Shown: piece after piece, positions 12,067-25,637 of the stretch
Layout of the letters: each line of letters begins with the position of its first letter
How positions within the stretch are numbered: position 1 is the first letter of the stretch
Assembly: GCA_977020255.1 (NCBI GenBank)
Contig: CDROCS010002923.1
Span: forward strand, 62,001-126,000
DNA from: Obrimoposthia wandeli
Lineage: Eukaryota
Length of the DNA stretch: 64,000 nt
Reading direction: 5' to 3'
Program-made: the position numbers and the translations under genes
The notes under the pieces: generated by a model
Database searches by the model: none
What the model was told of the DNA's origin: nothing
What the model saw: the letters and a program-made list of their open reading frames with translations, nothing else

Positions 12067-12861
12067 TTAAATGTTCTGTAAGAAAAGATAATGCAAACAA
12101 TTAGCATCGTTCAAGAAACAGAGTCGGATTTAATAAAACAACTCTACGATTGGTGTATCTTTAGACTTCAAAGTTATCAAAACTGGTGGTGGTAAAACAT
12201 TGAAGGTTATATAGTCGTCGTATATGTTAAATGTTCAAGTTAATTTATTTTGCATTTTGTTTACACAAATATGTGGATTTTGTTTATTGATTACTATTTC
12301 AACTAATATACGATACAAATAAAGTTCGATATTTCTTTTTTAAAGCCTATAATCAATATTTATTTAATTATAATTTATTTGTTACAAAATATACATGGTT
12401 ATTAATGAAATATTCGAGATTTTCTACACCAACTAATGATTCAAAATTAGCGTGAATAATAAATATATATGGTATTTCAATTAATAATAATTGGACTCAA
12501 ACATTTTACAAGCCATGTCGTTTTTTTCGTTAATTTTATGTTTTCTTCTCGAAGAGGAAGTTAAAAGAGTTGGCTAATCAGGCAATTAGTCTAATTGGGT
12601 TTTGTGGGATTTGTCACGTGGTTGGGAAATATATAATCTCGTTTTTTGTTATTCAATTTACATCATATTATTATACAAGTTATTAAATATGCATGAATTT
12701 ACTTCTAATTTATAAAATGATCACGAGTTACATATTCACAGATATGAGACGAAACCGAATGTTATGTCGTTCATGAATATAAATCGAGTGAAGCTTTTTT
12801 GAACCGTCAGAAATTGGTGCTAATTTTAAAACGTTATTTGAAAACATTATAAGCATATAAT

Positions 12862-13207
12862 CAGGTCCTGTCAGAGCCACTTGGAGGCCCATGTCAAGTA
12901 ATATATGTGGCTCCCTTTATACTGGAAAAAAATTAAAATTTGTACGTTTTTATTGATCCAAAATAAAATACAAATCTGAGTTAGTTGTTCAACGAAAAAT
13001 ATATTTGAGGTAAGTGAAAGTAGAATTACGCCAAAATTAGGGCCTCTCATAGTTGTATTAGATTTTATTATACGGATATTTTTGTTGCTCTACGTAAAAG
13101 TATTAAATATTTTTTAAAAAGGTTTGCATAGTTTGCTATAAAATTTATATCTAAATTTTGGAGGCCCCTTGAATTCAGAGGCCCAGGTCAAACGACCCAT
13201 AGCCCTG
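12862..13207. mobile_element. hAT-type MITE
   Basis: Ends CAGG...CCTG with internal GGAGGCCC motifs. Flanks CATATAAT (12854-12861) and CATATAAG (13208-13215) form a 7/8 match to an 8-bp TSD. Confidence 0.7.
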
Positions 13208-14013
13208 CATATAAGTATTGTATGAATTATGATTATAACTAATTTTTGTCTTTTACTATCTTTCTCATACTCGATGACTCATTAAATTCAAAAAAAATTA
13301 TTTATTTAAAATGTTTAAATTGCATCAATTCAACAGAAAGTCATTATCACGTGATCTAAATTGAAACAAAAATGTAAGAAAATAACTACGTGAATTGACT
13401 TTTTTTTACTGTACATTGTTAAATATATGTTGTATTAAAATTAGTTTTATAAGTAACGTATAATTTAGTGATATAATTGCTCGAGAATTGTACATAAAAG
13501 GGGAATTCCACTGTAATAATAAATGGATTTGTGACATCAATAAATCTATATTTTCAGAAAATGTGAAAATCATCATCTGTTAAGGCAACACATTAAATTA
13601 CTCGAATTTTCATATTTAAAGCTTGAAACTTATGTGTTAGAAATAATAAAAATATAGATTTAATTTATTGCAGAATGGTCCAAATACGTATACTTCTCTA
13701 TCATTCGTGTACAGTTCTATTTAAACAAATGAATACTTAAGTCACGATCTATTACTAAAGCAAAACACACTGAGTCGAGTTATTGATCATTATTGTTATG
13801 CATTCCATACAATTTAGCTGATCGTATACGATATTGTTAGATAAAGTATGTATGAACCTGTCTGATATATTCCTATGAAGACAGTGCAGTAACTCCGTAA
13901 TTTGTGAGTTTAATGTTGGTATTTCGTTTCAATTGAATAACAAAATCGTAAATCTGGGTTTGTTGATTTTGTTAATTTTGTTAGATTAGCCTTGAATCAG
14001 TAGTAAATTTGTT

Positions 14014-14085
14014 GCCGCGACCGGGGATTGAATTTCTGGTCTCATCACACACAAGTCGGGCATTCTACTACCGAACTATCGTGGC
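14014..14085 (-). pseudogene. tRNA pseudogene or tRNA-derived SINE head (isotype uncertain)
   Basis: 72 nt long. Acceptor stem GCCACGA/TCGCGGC, D-stem GTTC/GAAT and a TTCAATCC T-loop are present. The anticodon stem does not pair. Confidence 0.65.
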
Positions 14086-14329
14086 TAGTAATATTTTCTG
14101 ATAACTCAGATAAGAACTGGAAATGGGGATTATATTAGGTTGTTTCAAAAAATTTAAAAGTGGACATATTTTTCAATTATTTGTAATCAATCAAGTAAGA
14201 AACAAGATTAGAATGCATTTAAAGCAACAGATTTATAATATAAATTTGAAGGTTAAGATGCACTCAATACTTTTACCGCAAGAATATAGTATGTGAAATT
14301 TAATAGAGGCGGACAATTTTCTGAGAATG

Positions 14330-14515
14330 ATGGCATGTTCTGATCGTCCATATTCACTTGACTTAGACCACTTGAAGTACAGTATCGAGAGCAATGCTTA
14401 TAAAACATGTCGATATTTAGCTGAAGTACTTCCGCGATTTAATAGTCAATCAAGCAAAGAAGATATATGTGATATGTAAAAACTGCTCGAAAACCATCTT
14501 GGCGATATATTTTGA
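14330..14515 (+). pseudogene. Tc1/mariner catalytic C-terminal relic
   Basis: PYSLDL (cf. PYSPDL) and a terminal ...GDIFEHK-like reading across frameshifts. Confidence 0.35.
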
Positions 14516-17500
14516 ACACAAATAGTTACATATGATAAAAATGAAATAAATATGTAAACATTGATTATGGTAAACAATGGTTAAGTCCAATTGAACGTTA
14601 ACAAAAGTGACTTCAGAGCAAATGTCATGCTTATAGTTTCTTTCAATTTGAAGGTGTTTTGTGGATCACAATTTTTTCCAACCCGTCCAGAGTTTTATTG
14701 CAACCAACTTCGAGCAATAAGGAAAAAATCGAAGGTTACATATTCTTATTTTGTCAAAAGTAGAAAGAAGGGAAAACCGCAACGTTACATTACACTTCAA
14801 TTCAATATGCAGAAAACTCGAAGAATTTAATTTATTAGAATTCTTGGTCATTCGTCGTCAAACCCAAACCTAGCACCTTCTATTTATCACCTTTTTAGAT
14901 CAATGGCGCAAAAGATGGAAAGATTGTAAAAAAAACTCAAAGCTGGGATGCAGAATCTTTTTGTTTCAAAGTCCAAGAAATGATATCGACGAGGAATTGA
15001 GCTATGAACAAGAAGATTGGTTTCAATGTCTACAATAAAATAGTCAGTTTCTAGAAGTTATACTTTATAAAAAATTGCTTTAAATCGGTTATTTTTTAGA
15101 AATAATTTACTGAGTAACTGAGAATTGTACAACATTGATTGCCATTTATTTAACCTATTTTAACATTCCCATGCAGATGAAGCTCGAAGTTCCTGTGATA
15201 CCCGTTTCGACACGCTGATGGTCATCTGTGTCGTTATCGCCATCGCCTTCATATCTCGACTGCATAATTCCCGCCACACAAAGTGTGACATTCATTCCTA
15301 ACTCTTGTCATTCTACTCTATGCTTTTATTACAAACTGTGTTTTTATTTACTTCAGAAATGCGTCGAAAACAACGCTTCAGATAAAATAAGTATTTGTTT
15401 TTTCTTTAAATTTTGAAAGAATATTACGTTTAAAGTTCATATATAGTTCAATGTATAAATCTGAAAGAAACATCATTTGTAATGACAACGTTTTAGTTCT
15501 GAAAGCAACCAAATTTCACGTAATCCGATATTTAATTATATAAGAATTATCTATAATATATGATTCAATTTTATATAATAAAAGATATTTTAAATATAAT
15601 ACAACAATTAAATGCAATATATATTTTTTCTAATATTATTGGATGCCAATCAATAATATAAGTTATGAATGAAAGTCAATTAAAATTATGAAACCACTTA
15701 GTCTATTACAATTGTATGAAAATGATATACCACACTTATTTATATTCTAGGTTTAAAAAAGTACAGATACGTTTGGATCGCGTTTAATTATATCAAAATA
15801 ATTCATTCGACAATTATTTTTATAAAACAAAGTTGCATAAATACACAAATTTAAATTGACCCCGAATTTGTTGGGGATTAAAATATTATAATTAAAAATT
15901 TTAATGTATTTATCGAAGTACCCACTGTCGAAAAGCTATTTTAAGACTACAAAGGCCAGCACTTTAGGCCGTTTCATCCTACCGAGATTGTCAGCTGACT
16001 GTTATTGTCTTATGAAGTTGGATAAAACACAAAAAGAATTACTGCCCCTGGGGATTTTTCCGGCTTGCCAGTCGGTAATTTTCAATTGCAACATTTATAC
16101 CAGGAATTTTACTGCTTTTAATTATGTAGTGGTGCAGATTTACGCATGTGAGCCTGCAAATTTATTCAATGTCACTTACAACAGTAAAATGAATATTAAA
16201 ATTGGTAAGCATTGATATATTTGTCATAATTGCTAACGCCAATTTTTTAATTTCTAAAAATACAAGTTGAAAACAGAATTATTGTATATAAAAATTTACC
16301 ATTTAGAACAAATACTTTGATTAATATTCAAAATGCAGATAACAAATGTTTCATTTGGTCAATAGTTTGTCATTTCTTAGAATTTCAAATTCCACTTTAT
16401 TAAGAAAGAGTCTTGATATAAATTGCATGAATACTCATTAAAATATCATGATAAAAATTGCCAATGATAATTAATTATATTTAAATTTTTTTTAAATAAA
16501 ATCATTTAAGAATAAATGTTTATATGATTGAATTCCAATTCCAGCTGTAGTGGTTGCCTTCCAGCCTATTTATGGTCCTGAAATTGATCCATCCCTCGTC
16601 TCTTTGGATTCTGCAGCCGACTCATCCAATCAACTGACTACAACGAGTGGATAAACGTCATCACCAAAGCAGACTTTGAGGATTTCGTGCCAGTTATCCA
16701 ATTCACGAACAATGACTGAATGGATCAAATATTTCAGTCAGATAACGAGATGGAAGAGCCTCAATGAAGTGACAACAGCTGGTTGAATGAAATCGATGAA
16801 TCCGATTTCCAGTTAACATATGAGAGTTGGATGGATGCTGTCGATGAAGAACACTTCCAACCAGCTACCGTTTGATCCGGTAATTTTTGTTATGAATTTT
16901 TAAATGTTATATTATATATGTCATATAATTTATTTTAATTAGTAATATCCTTGAGACAAGCGATGCTGTCCTCCACTACGACAGCAATTCCTTCCTCTAC
17001 TACAACAGCGATGCCCCTCCTGAGTGAGTGCTTACGTCGATGCTCGCATGCCTTAGAGGTAATGAATAAAATAAATATAATCATCAGCATTCACAACAGT
17101 CGCATCCCGAACTTCTCTAGCTGCTATACCACATTCATCGATGTTGGTACCAGGGTCAACTTTGCCTAACTTAAGAGGTTAATTGAGAATTATCTAAAAT
17201 AATTATTGATTTTCTTTCAACAGCTTTGTCCTCAACGACATTGCGCTTCTACAAGCGCTGTATCCTCAACATCCGCCGCAGCACCATCAGCTGCTGTAGC
17301 CTTAGCAGCATTATCTACAAGAGCTGCCATATAGTTAGCGTCATAATCATGAGCTATAGCCTCAACTTTAGCAGTATCATCAACAAATTAAGGAGGATTT
17401 TGTAATATAAATAGTTGTATTCCCATTCAGTTAGGGGGATGTTTATTGTCGATTGTAGGAAGAAAGAGGCAAGGCCAAATTCTTAATAAGGCCTTACCAA

Positions 17501-17657
17501 AAAACGTATGGAAAACAGTGCTACTATAGAGTATCACCTAAATAACAAATACGTTATAGTTAAGGTGACAATAAGAAATAAAATTTTATTAAACGTAGGT
17601 GTAGATGCAAATAGAGGTAACTAAATTAAAATAGGCTAAGGTTCCATTTGCGCAACA

Positions 17658-17855
17658 GTGCAGTTTAAAAATGTTAATGAGGAAACTAAAACTTGGGTAA
17701 TTTCACATAAAGCAACAGTTTTCTATGATAATTTTGTAACTGAGATTGGAAGAAATTTAGATGAAAGAATTGCTAGTTATAACGAGGTAAGTAGTGGATG
17801 GACTCTAGTAAGAATTCACGATGTTAGCTTTGGTTTAACAAAGTTCACTGACATG
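17658..17855 (+). pseudogene. Polinton PolB N-terminal fragment
   Basis: YNEVSSGWTLVRIHDVSFGLTKF resembles the SGW motif upstream of Polinton PolB. Confidence 0.55.
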
Positions 17856-17948
17856 ATATATCTTTTTTCATTGCGTCTTGATGAGAGTATCGAAATGGAT
17901 AATAGTGCACAGAGTAATTTTCATGAGTCGTGGATAAAAACTTTCGAA

Positions 17949-18584
17949 AGTAGTATATAGTGTTGGTTCTAAACCAAAGCGTCTAAGCCCTCCCCCGGGG
18001 GCGGCTTTGACGCGTTAGTTCAGTACCAACACTATAATACCTAAAATGTCTTATTATAGTCATTTTTAGACAGAATATCGTTAAAATGGCTAAAAATGGC
18101 TTAAATTGACTCACCAGGTCTCAAAATCCTGCATACAAGACCAAGTCAGGTCTTTCAAGACTTGAAAAATCACGCATACTATGCCAACGGTAATAGGTCC
18201 CACCCCGGGGAGACCCTTTTGCTGCAAAATCATTTTGATGTTGTATGCGTGATTTCAAGACCATTTTCAAATATCGCGCTATATCTTACCGTTTGAAACA
18301 AAAGTAGATTAAGTAGATTTTAAGTGACCAAAGTCTTCCTTTTGGAGCCTCCTAAGATGGAAGCCCGTCATCCGAATACTGGGCAGCACCTTTGGCAAAG
18401 ATTATATTTTATATTACTTTTGTTTATAGAAAACCTCGAAAAAGACAAATAATAAAATCAATTAGTTATTTATTCATATGATATATAACATTAAAATAAA
18501 ATCAATAAATCATTTATTCATGTGATACTTTGATAGTAATGATATTGAAAATTTTCTTATGGTTGGTGCGAAGAGATCATAACA
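17949..18584 (+). mobile_element. Polinton terminal segment (AGTAGT end, subterminal hairpin)
   Basis: Starts AGTAGTATATAGTG. Inverted homologue of 9681-10210. Runs directly into PolB coding sequence. Confidence 0.75.
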
Positions 18585-20350
18585 AAAAGTGACAACATTT
18601 GCCTCCTGTATAAGGTCTTGGCCATCCTAAAAGGGATATAATTACTTTAATATCCCAGTTAATGTAATAGAGGAATATAATTTTTTAAATCATTTTGTAG
18701 ATATAGTTTATAGGAGAAAAAATAAGGGGACTACAATCAACTTAATTTTGCTCAAACACAATAATAAATATGCTGCAATTTCTAATTTGGATCGTCTTCT
18801 TAATTTAGATAAAGGAGCCTTACCGGTTAGGCAAATGTGTAAGTGGTATCATAGATGTTTTCATGGATTCAGATCCAAGCTCTCTTATAGCAAACATTTG
18901 ACGTTATGTACACTAAATCCTGATGACAATACGTCATATAGCATGCTAAAGATAAGGATTTAAAATTCAGGGATTGGGCAAAATGCATACCCGTGGAATT
19001 CAGGGTGTATGCTAATTTTGATTAAATTCTATCTTTACACGACCAATATGAGAGTATTCACCTACCGGCTTCGACAGGACTACTATTCTTAGGCCCCAAT
19101 ATAACCCAGTATCATGAATTTTCAGGTTCAAATTGTATTTTAGATTTTATGTTAAAATTAGAAAAATTAGTTACCACTATTATCAAACCGTGGTATGATC
19201 TTACTGCTCATCAAGCAATGATCCTGACTGACATAGACTGGGTTAATTTTAATTCGTGTCGATCTTGTTATTTGTGTGGTACCCAGTCTAAGTAAGAGAT
19301 AACGATCATGTTACGGGGCGATAACTGGGAGCGGCGTGCAACTTTTGTAACCTTGGCTGTCAACTTCCTAAATTGGGTTTCATAATCTCAAAGGATATGA
19401 TTTATGTCACATATTTAAATACGCATTGGGTACATAAAGCTCATGGGAATTTCTTGTATACCTCAAACTTCGGATAAATATTTATCTTTAACTGCATATA
19501 CTAAATTCTGCAGTTAAGATTTATAGATTCCCTGCAGTTTTTGAGAGGGTCATGAAAAATATTTAACGATATCTTTGAATGCATGACCAATTACACAGTC
19601 AGTGTTCCCAGCTTCGGTTAATGATAAGGGGATTTCTTCTTATAAATTTGCAAAAACATTTGCTGATTTACAAAATACAATAGAAATCCCGCGCATAACT
19701 GAATTCGAGGGTGTGAGTCTTCAAGATTATAATGAGGCACATACATTTTGGGAGAGTAAATGTCGAATTCTTCTAAGGTATATGCTTTATTATATGATGT
19801 TAGACCTTTATCTTTTAGCTGATGTGTTTGAGGCCTATCCTGTAATTTGTTAGCTAAATATGTGCTAGATTCCATGAATTTCTTTAGTTTACCTGGTCTT
19901 TCATGGGCAACGGCAATAAAAACTCTTAACATTAATGTCCAGTTACTGCAAGATCCCACGATGTATCAAATGTATGATTATGTTATACGCAGTGGAATTA
20001 CTTTTGTCAACAAAGATCATGTTGAGAAAAATCAATCAACGGAGATTCTGTACATCGACATTAATAATGTGTATGGGCCGGCGCTTGCTCAACCTCTACC
20101 ACATACCAACTTTAAGTAGCTGTATGATGTGAAAGAGTTGAATAAGTTGATGACAGATTTGGCTACTGTTGATATAGTTTCATCGAATGTCGGATATTTG
20201 GTTGAGAGAAGACAGAATCTCAGGAAGAAAATTAAATGGTACCCAATGATAGAGATTGGGCAATGGACGGATTTTGCCCAATTACTACATGTAAAATATA
20301 AAAATATGTTAAATCAGAAAAATATTAAAATTTGTTGTAGAACATTTAGT
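18560..20350 (+). pseudogene. Protein-primed family B DNA polymerase of a Polinton, degraded and 3'-truncated
   Basis: SDNICLLYKVLA, ISNLDRLL, FHNLKGYD, YMMLDLYLLADVFE, SLPGLSW and motif A YIDINNVYG. Motifs B and C are absent. Confidence 0.88.
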
Positions 20351-20559
20351 TGAAAAAACATTTTCTAATTTTTGTGATGTCACTCTCATATTTTCATATT
20401 TTTAAAGTAAAATTAAAACAACGATTTTAAGTCATTATAAATTTCTTTAATTAAATTTTCAAAATAAATATTTTTGTTTAGTTTATACAAAACAAATAAA
20501 CATAAAATTCCATAAATTCTAGTATTATTACGTTGGACTTGTAAAGTATTATAAACAAA

Positions 20560-22300
20560 ATCAGAAGATAAAAATGACTCAACTTCTTTCGTCGTATGAA
20601 TACCATATGAGTCAAATTAAAAATGTCTATTAAAATTGGAAGCTTTGCTTCCTAAAACTTCGTTCGGAATACAAACCTAATGACTTCTTTTTTATTAGAA
20701 TTTTGAATGTTGATAATTATATTGTGTTTCTTAGTATTCTTCATTTCATCTAATTCTTTATTCATCAATATTTTAACTGATAAATTTAAATAATTAGCAT
20801 AATCTTTTAAGTCAAAATTTGTCTTGGTATTTGTACCAAATGTTTTACGAGAAATCAAGAACGGAGTATTGGGTTATACTTGCTGAATTTGTCATTTGTA
20901 ATAAGTTTATTATCTAACAGTGTTTTGATATATTCGTTAACATTATCATTCCTACTTTTATAGCTGACAATACTTTTCTCAATTCTATAAATGTTTCAAT
21001 ATGATTATCAAAAGGACTATTTATTATAGTTTTTTGGAATTGTTCTCTCTACTTTCTCTACTTTCTAATCCTTTTATATAATTTCTCTATCCATATATAT
21101 AATTTTTAAATATTGTTTAATGTCATTATTACTATCAGAATTATATCCTCTTATCAAATTATCTAATTCAGGTGTATACTTAAAAGTTTTATCATCTGTT
21201 TTAGATTCTAAATATGGTTCTCATTTATTGTTAAAGAGTTTAAATTTAATGATATTAATTTTTATAAAGTCATAATCTTCTCCATTTACTTTTTTCATAG
21301 AAAAATATGGTTTTATGGTTCTAGTTGTACTTATGGCTTCATTATTAAATTTTGCATTGATATAATGAGGTGTGATATCTGATGCATCAGATTTAGCTCC
21401 TTCTTCATGTTCTTCTGCATTAGTTGGTACTTCCATATTATTTTCAATAACTTGTGTTTCTCTATTCTTCTCTATAGCTTTTACAACAGGTTCTTGTTGT
21501 TTTAAAATTTGATAATTTTAAATAATTTCATTCTTTTTGCTTTTATTTCTCTATAATTATATTCATCATCTTCTTTAACTATTTTTAACAAATAAGCTAA
21601 TCTATCTTCAAAAAACTTATTTTTAAAGACAAAAATTAATTAGTCATTTTGATTAAAAAAAATTAATTCTTTGTATAAGGTTTCAAAAATATTCTTATTC
21701 CATATTTACCTTCTTTAACTTTACATCTTTTCTTCAAACTTTTGCATTTTTGTTTCATTTGTGATTTTTTTTATCAGCTGCTAAGTCATTATTCTGATTG
21801 ATAAGATTTTTCAAGAAATCATTTAGTCCTTGACCTTGATGATGATTAGATAAATTCCTTTTTCAAGTGTTTACTCTTTGCTTTTAGTTATTCTTCAGCT
21901 AATATTTCAACTTTCAAATCTTTTGATCGGCGATGTGGGTAAATCTACAGTGGAGTTGCAGCATTATCAATACTTCTGCTGTGGCTCCAACTATATTTAA
22001 ACCACAGTCTTTGCTATCAGCGATCAGAACCGCAATCCTAAATTCAAATAGATACATTAAAACTGAATTTAATTGTGAAAATGTTTGGAGATATATTAAA
22101 GCTAAATTAAAGCTAAATCAATTGTGAATTTTTTGGAGATAAGTTAAAAACAATTTGTGATCAACCAATACATCATTTATCAGATTCGTTATTATTCCTT
22201 TTAATAAACTAACATTTGTAAGTCCTGCTTACCACATTCCCTATCAAAAAAATTACAAAGAAGGCAACGATTTGGATTGCCTTTAAAATACCCGAAAAAT
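20560..22300 (-). pseudogene. Lys/Asn/Glu-rich ORF remnants converging on PolB, probably Polinton accessory genes
   Basis: Several broken minus-strand ORFs (20652-20858, 21221-21436) directly adjoin the PolB relic. No diagnostic motif. Confidence 0.3.
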
Positions 22301-23101
22301 AAGAAGCACTGAGTTATTAAAGGAATAATTTTGTGTAATATCAATTTGTATAATTCATAAAACTATCAATTTTGTGGAGTGATCAATTTGGTGTGGTTCT
22401 CAAATTCAGTCTAGTTCATAAATTATGTGTAACAATTGCGGTAACATAACAGACAAATTTTATTTTGATTTTTAAATTATAAATTTTTGTAACACACTTG
22501 TTAATAATAGTAACTGTGAATAAAGCAATATATTGTTTAAAATTTTAGTACATCTGTACTCTGGGAAATTTGCATTTCACCTTTTCACTAGAGTAAGGAC
22601 CGAAATTATAACTCTAAGAGTATGAAGCTGAAGTTCAAACTGTCCGATTACTGCCCGTACAATTGGACAGGTCGTATCTATGTAGAGTCGCCCAGCTCAT
22701 TAACTGCCCAATTTTGTTGGTTTATGCTTAGCCAAATTATTTAGAAGGAAATTTATATTGAATGGCCTAAACAGCTTACGAAACACACCATATCACATTA
22801 GTTTCGGGAAATTATCCGATAAATTGTACACTACTCCATAAATAGCAAAGACCCACATTCAGATCAAATTGAGACTAAATACTAGGATCACTAAGACGCT
22901 TCTCTATAGAACTCACGTTGTGAGCCTCCAGACGATGATTCTAAAGATTGTTTAAGAAAACACCAACAATATTATTATGATTATTATTTTTATTTTAAAA
23001 AAATCTTGATTTTGTAATTGTAAAATAAAATTGTAAAAATTACAAAATCGATTCGAAATAAAATATTTATTTTACGTGTTAACATGTCATAATTTCATTA
23101 A

Positions 23102-23977
23102 ATGTCAACGGAATCCGGCGATAAACCTACTTTTGCACAAAGAGTCTCAGCTCGTGTCCGTAGCACTGGTAAATTTCTTTACAACAAAGAGACTCACGAA
23201 TTTTTTGGTCGTAATTGTGGCAGCTGGTTGAAAATCTTGATTTTCTACATCTGTTTCTTCAGTTATCTAGCATTTGCTGAATTCAGTCTCATGATGATAT
23301 TCACCAAGTTTTTCTTAACAACAGGGCCATATCTGTCCGGTGAAATCAACATTCTTCGTCTCAGTCCTGGCCTACAAATGTCGCCAAATCCAAGTGGGAA
23401 GACGTCAGCATTTGTGTTTACTTTGAAACCGAAGGGAATTATGCAAAAACTAGACAACTTTGTAAAGGCTATTCGGGAATTACCACCAATTCCGCCTTCA
23501 GATGCTGCTAATTGCAGTATAGACCCTGTTAAAATAGAGCCCAACGGTACAACGAAGATGTGTCCATTTGATGTCACATACCTGGGACCTTGTGCCAATC
23601 CCAGTCGAGAGCTGAAGGACCGGAATCTTTCGTGTGTTTTTGTTTCTCTCAATCGAATCTACGGCTGGATCCCTGATGTTATCAATACTAAAATTCCCGG
23701 TACTGAACTCAGGTGTAAAGGCAACACAATTGGTGACCAAGCCAATATTAAGTCTATCAACTATTTCCCTAACATCTCAGGATATGGCTTTTTCCCACAC
23801 ATGTACTACCCATATTTGAGACAGCTCTACTACCGCAGGCCCTATGTAGCTATTCAATTGGATATCGACAAGTACGTACTGGTTTTTGTGAAGTGCGAAT
23901 TGATCAATGTGAAACAATTCAATTATAAAAAGTTTGGGCAAATGAAGTTCATTTTAGAAATTATTAGTACTGACTGA
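23102..23977 (+). CDS. ATP1B: Na+/K+-ATPase beta subunit, single exon
   Basis: FLYNKETHEFFGRNCGSWLKILIFY plus a TM helix; LSPGL, LNRIYGWIP and YYPY motifs; six ectodomain Cys in three expected pairs. Intact 291-aa ORF. Confidence 0.93.
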   Translation: MSTESGDKPTFAQRVSARVRSTGKFLYNKETHEFFGRNCGSWLKILIFYICFFSYLAFAEFSLMMIFTKFFLTTGPYLSGEINILRLSPGLQMSPNPSGKTSAFVFTLKPKGIMQKLDNFVKAIRELPPIPPSDAANCSIDPVKIEPNGTTKMCPFDVTYLGPCANPSRELKDRNLSCVFVSLNRIYGWIPDVINTKIPGTELRCKGNTIGDQANIKSINYFPNISGYGFFPHMYYPYLRQLYYRRPYVAIQLDIDKYVLVFVKCELINVKQFNYKKFGQMKFILEIISTD

Positions 23978-24650
23978 TAATTAATGACTATATAAATGAT
24001 ATAATTATGCTAAAATAATTTTAAGAATAAAACGTTATATTTCATTTATTTTCATTTTTCTTTTTATTATTTTTGTAAATATTTATTTATAATATATTTT
24101 CAATCTGCATCTCTGTCAACATAAAATAAAACTATATTTTAAAGATACCAGAATTGTTATAAATGCATGCAATTACAGATTCCTGACTTTTCCGTTAAAT
24201 ATTCTTTTATTTTAATTTTCTGTTATAAATTTTAAACTTGTTTTTTGATATCATTTACATTAAATGAATCATAATTTTAATGGATTTAAAAAATTTGTCA
24301 GAAGAAAGCATTTTAAAAAAGAAATTTTAAAATTTCTGACGGTCAATTTAAATGAAAAATATTTTGCAAAAAATATACTTTTACCAAAAATTCTAAATAT
24401 AGTTTTGTTTAGTATTTTTCCGGTTCGAAGGAATTTTATAGAAGAAAATTATAGAAATTAGAGATTGAGTAATTGATTTTTAACAAATTGTTTAAATTTT
24501 TCAGTTTGGCTAAAATGTATAGTTATCGAAGATGGTAATCACAATTTTTTATAATATTTTCAAATGTACTTATTTAATTTAAAGACCGTGGTTGAGAAAT
24601 TATTTCTCTCCATGATAATTATGTAAAAGAATATCTACATAATTATCGTA

Positions 24651-25637
24651 CCGTAAATTCGCATGTATATGAAATACACGTTTAAGGCTCAGTGGCGTAT
24701 AAGGCGCATTATCTATTTAAAAATGTGCTTGAATAAATTCAACCAAAGAATCTCAACTATTCATTTATTTAATTTTTTCAATGTAATCTAGTGGTAATTG
24801 CTGGGATGTAGTTGTTCTGCTACGAATAGATTAGTTTCTTCGTTGCATGAATCTAAAGCACCAAGATGAATCCCCAATAAACCCTTCAAGATTCATCTCT
24901 TCAGCAACCGACTGTGCCTTTAATTGAATATCAACAGGGGAAAGACCCCTACTGGCACATCTCAGCAATATTACCCATTGCTCAACCACATCTTTCTAGC
25001 TGAGGCCAGCGCGTATTAGAACCTCTGAAGCTCCTTCGAGTTTTAGTGGCTTGTGCTAATGCAATCTCCTGCTTCCTCCATTTTCTGACCATCGATTCAT
25101 TAATATTATACTCAGCTGCAGCAGGTCTATTGCCATTCATTTTAGAAAATTCAATAACTTGGAGCTTAAAGCTACCTTGATAAGAACGTCTTTTTCCATT
25201 TACCATTTTAAGCCCAAAAAACAGATTTTTATATTTATAAAATTAGATATGATATTTATTGATCTATATTGAAATCATGCTATTATTAAGTATTTCATGT
25301 ATTGCCATATTATTTCATGATTTTCTTGATACAATTTTACCGACGATCAAAAATAGAAATTCTACATCTAAGAAATGAACTGAATAGGTTAAGTATAGTA
25401 TACTAAACATATAAACAAAAATCAAAGGAGAGGAGTCAACTATTATATTATATTTATAACCCCCTTCTCAAGGTTAAATGACTAGAAATATGTTTCAACG
25501 TACAAGAGATACACGTATAAGGCGCAGTGGTGTATAAGGCGCAGTGGTGTATAAGGCGCAGTGGTGTATAAGGCGCAGCCCCTAATTTATTTATAAAAAT
25601 ATGTAAAAGGGTGCGCCTTATACATGCAAATTTACGG
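24651..25637 (-). mobile_element. Internally deleted pogo/Tigger-like DNA transposon
   Basis: TIR CCGTAAATT(C/T)GCATGTATA with TA on both flanks. Subterminal TATAAGGCGCA repeats (17-bp tandem x4 at ~25515-25578). ORF 25206-24982 (KRRSYQGSFKLQVIEF...NINESMVRKWRKQ) is a pogo-type DNA-binding domain. Confidence 0.88.

Noticed and set aside
14014-14085. Functional tRNA (Thr-TGT or His-GTG)
   Set aside because: The anticodon stem cannot pair and the T-stem and acceptor stem have mismatches.
23263-23819. Overlapping ORFs 23263-23652, 23498-23740 and 23634-23819
   Set aside because: They are shadow frames of the ATPase beta gene.
25515-25578. 17-bp tandem repeats as an independent array
   Set aside because: They are subterminal TATAAGGCGCA motifs of the pogo-like element, also present at its other end.
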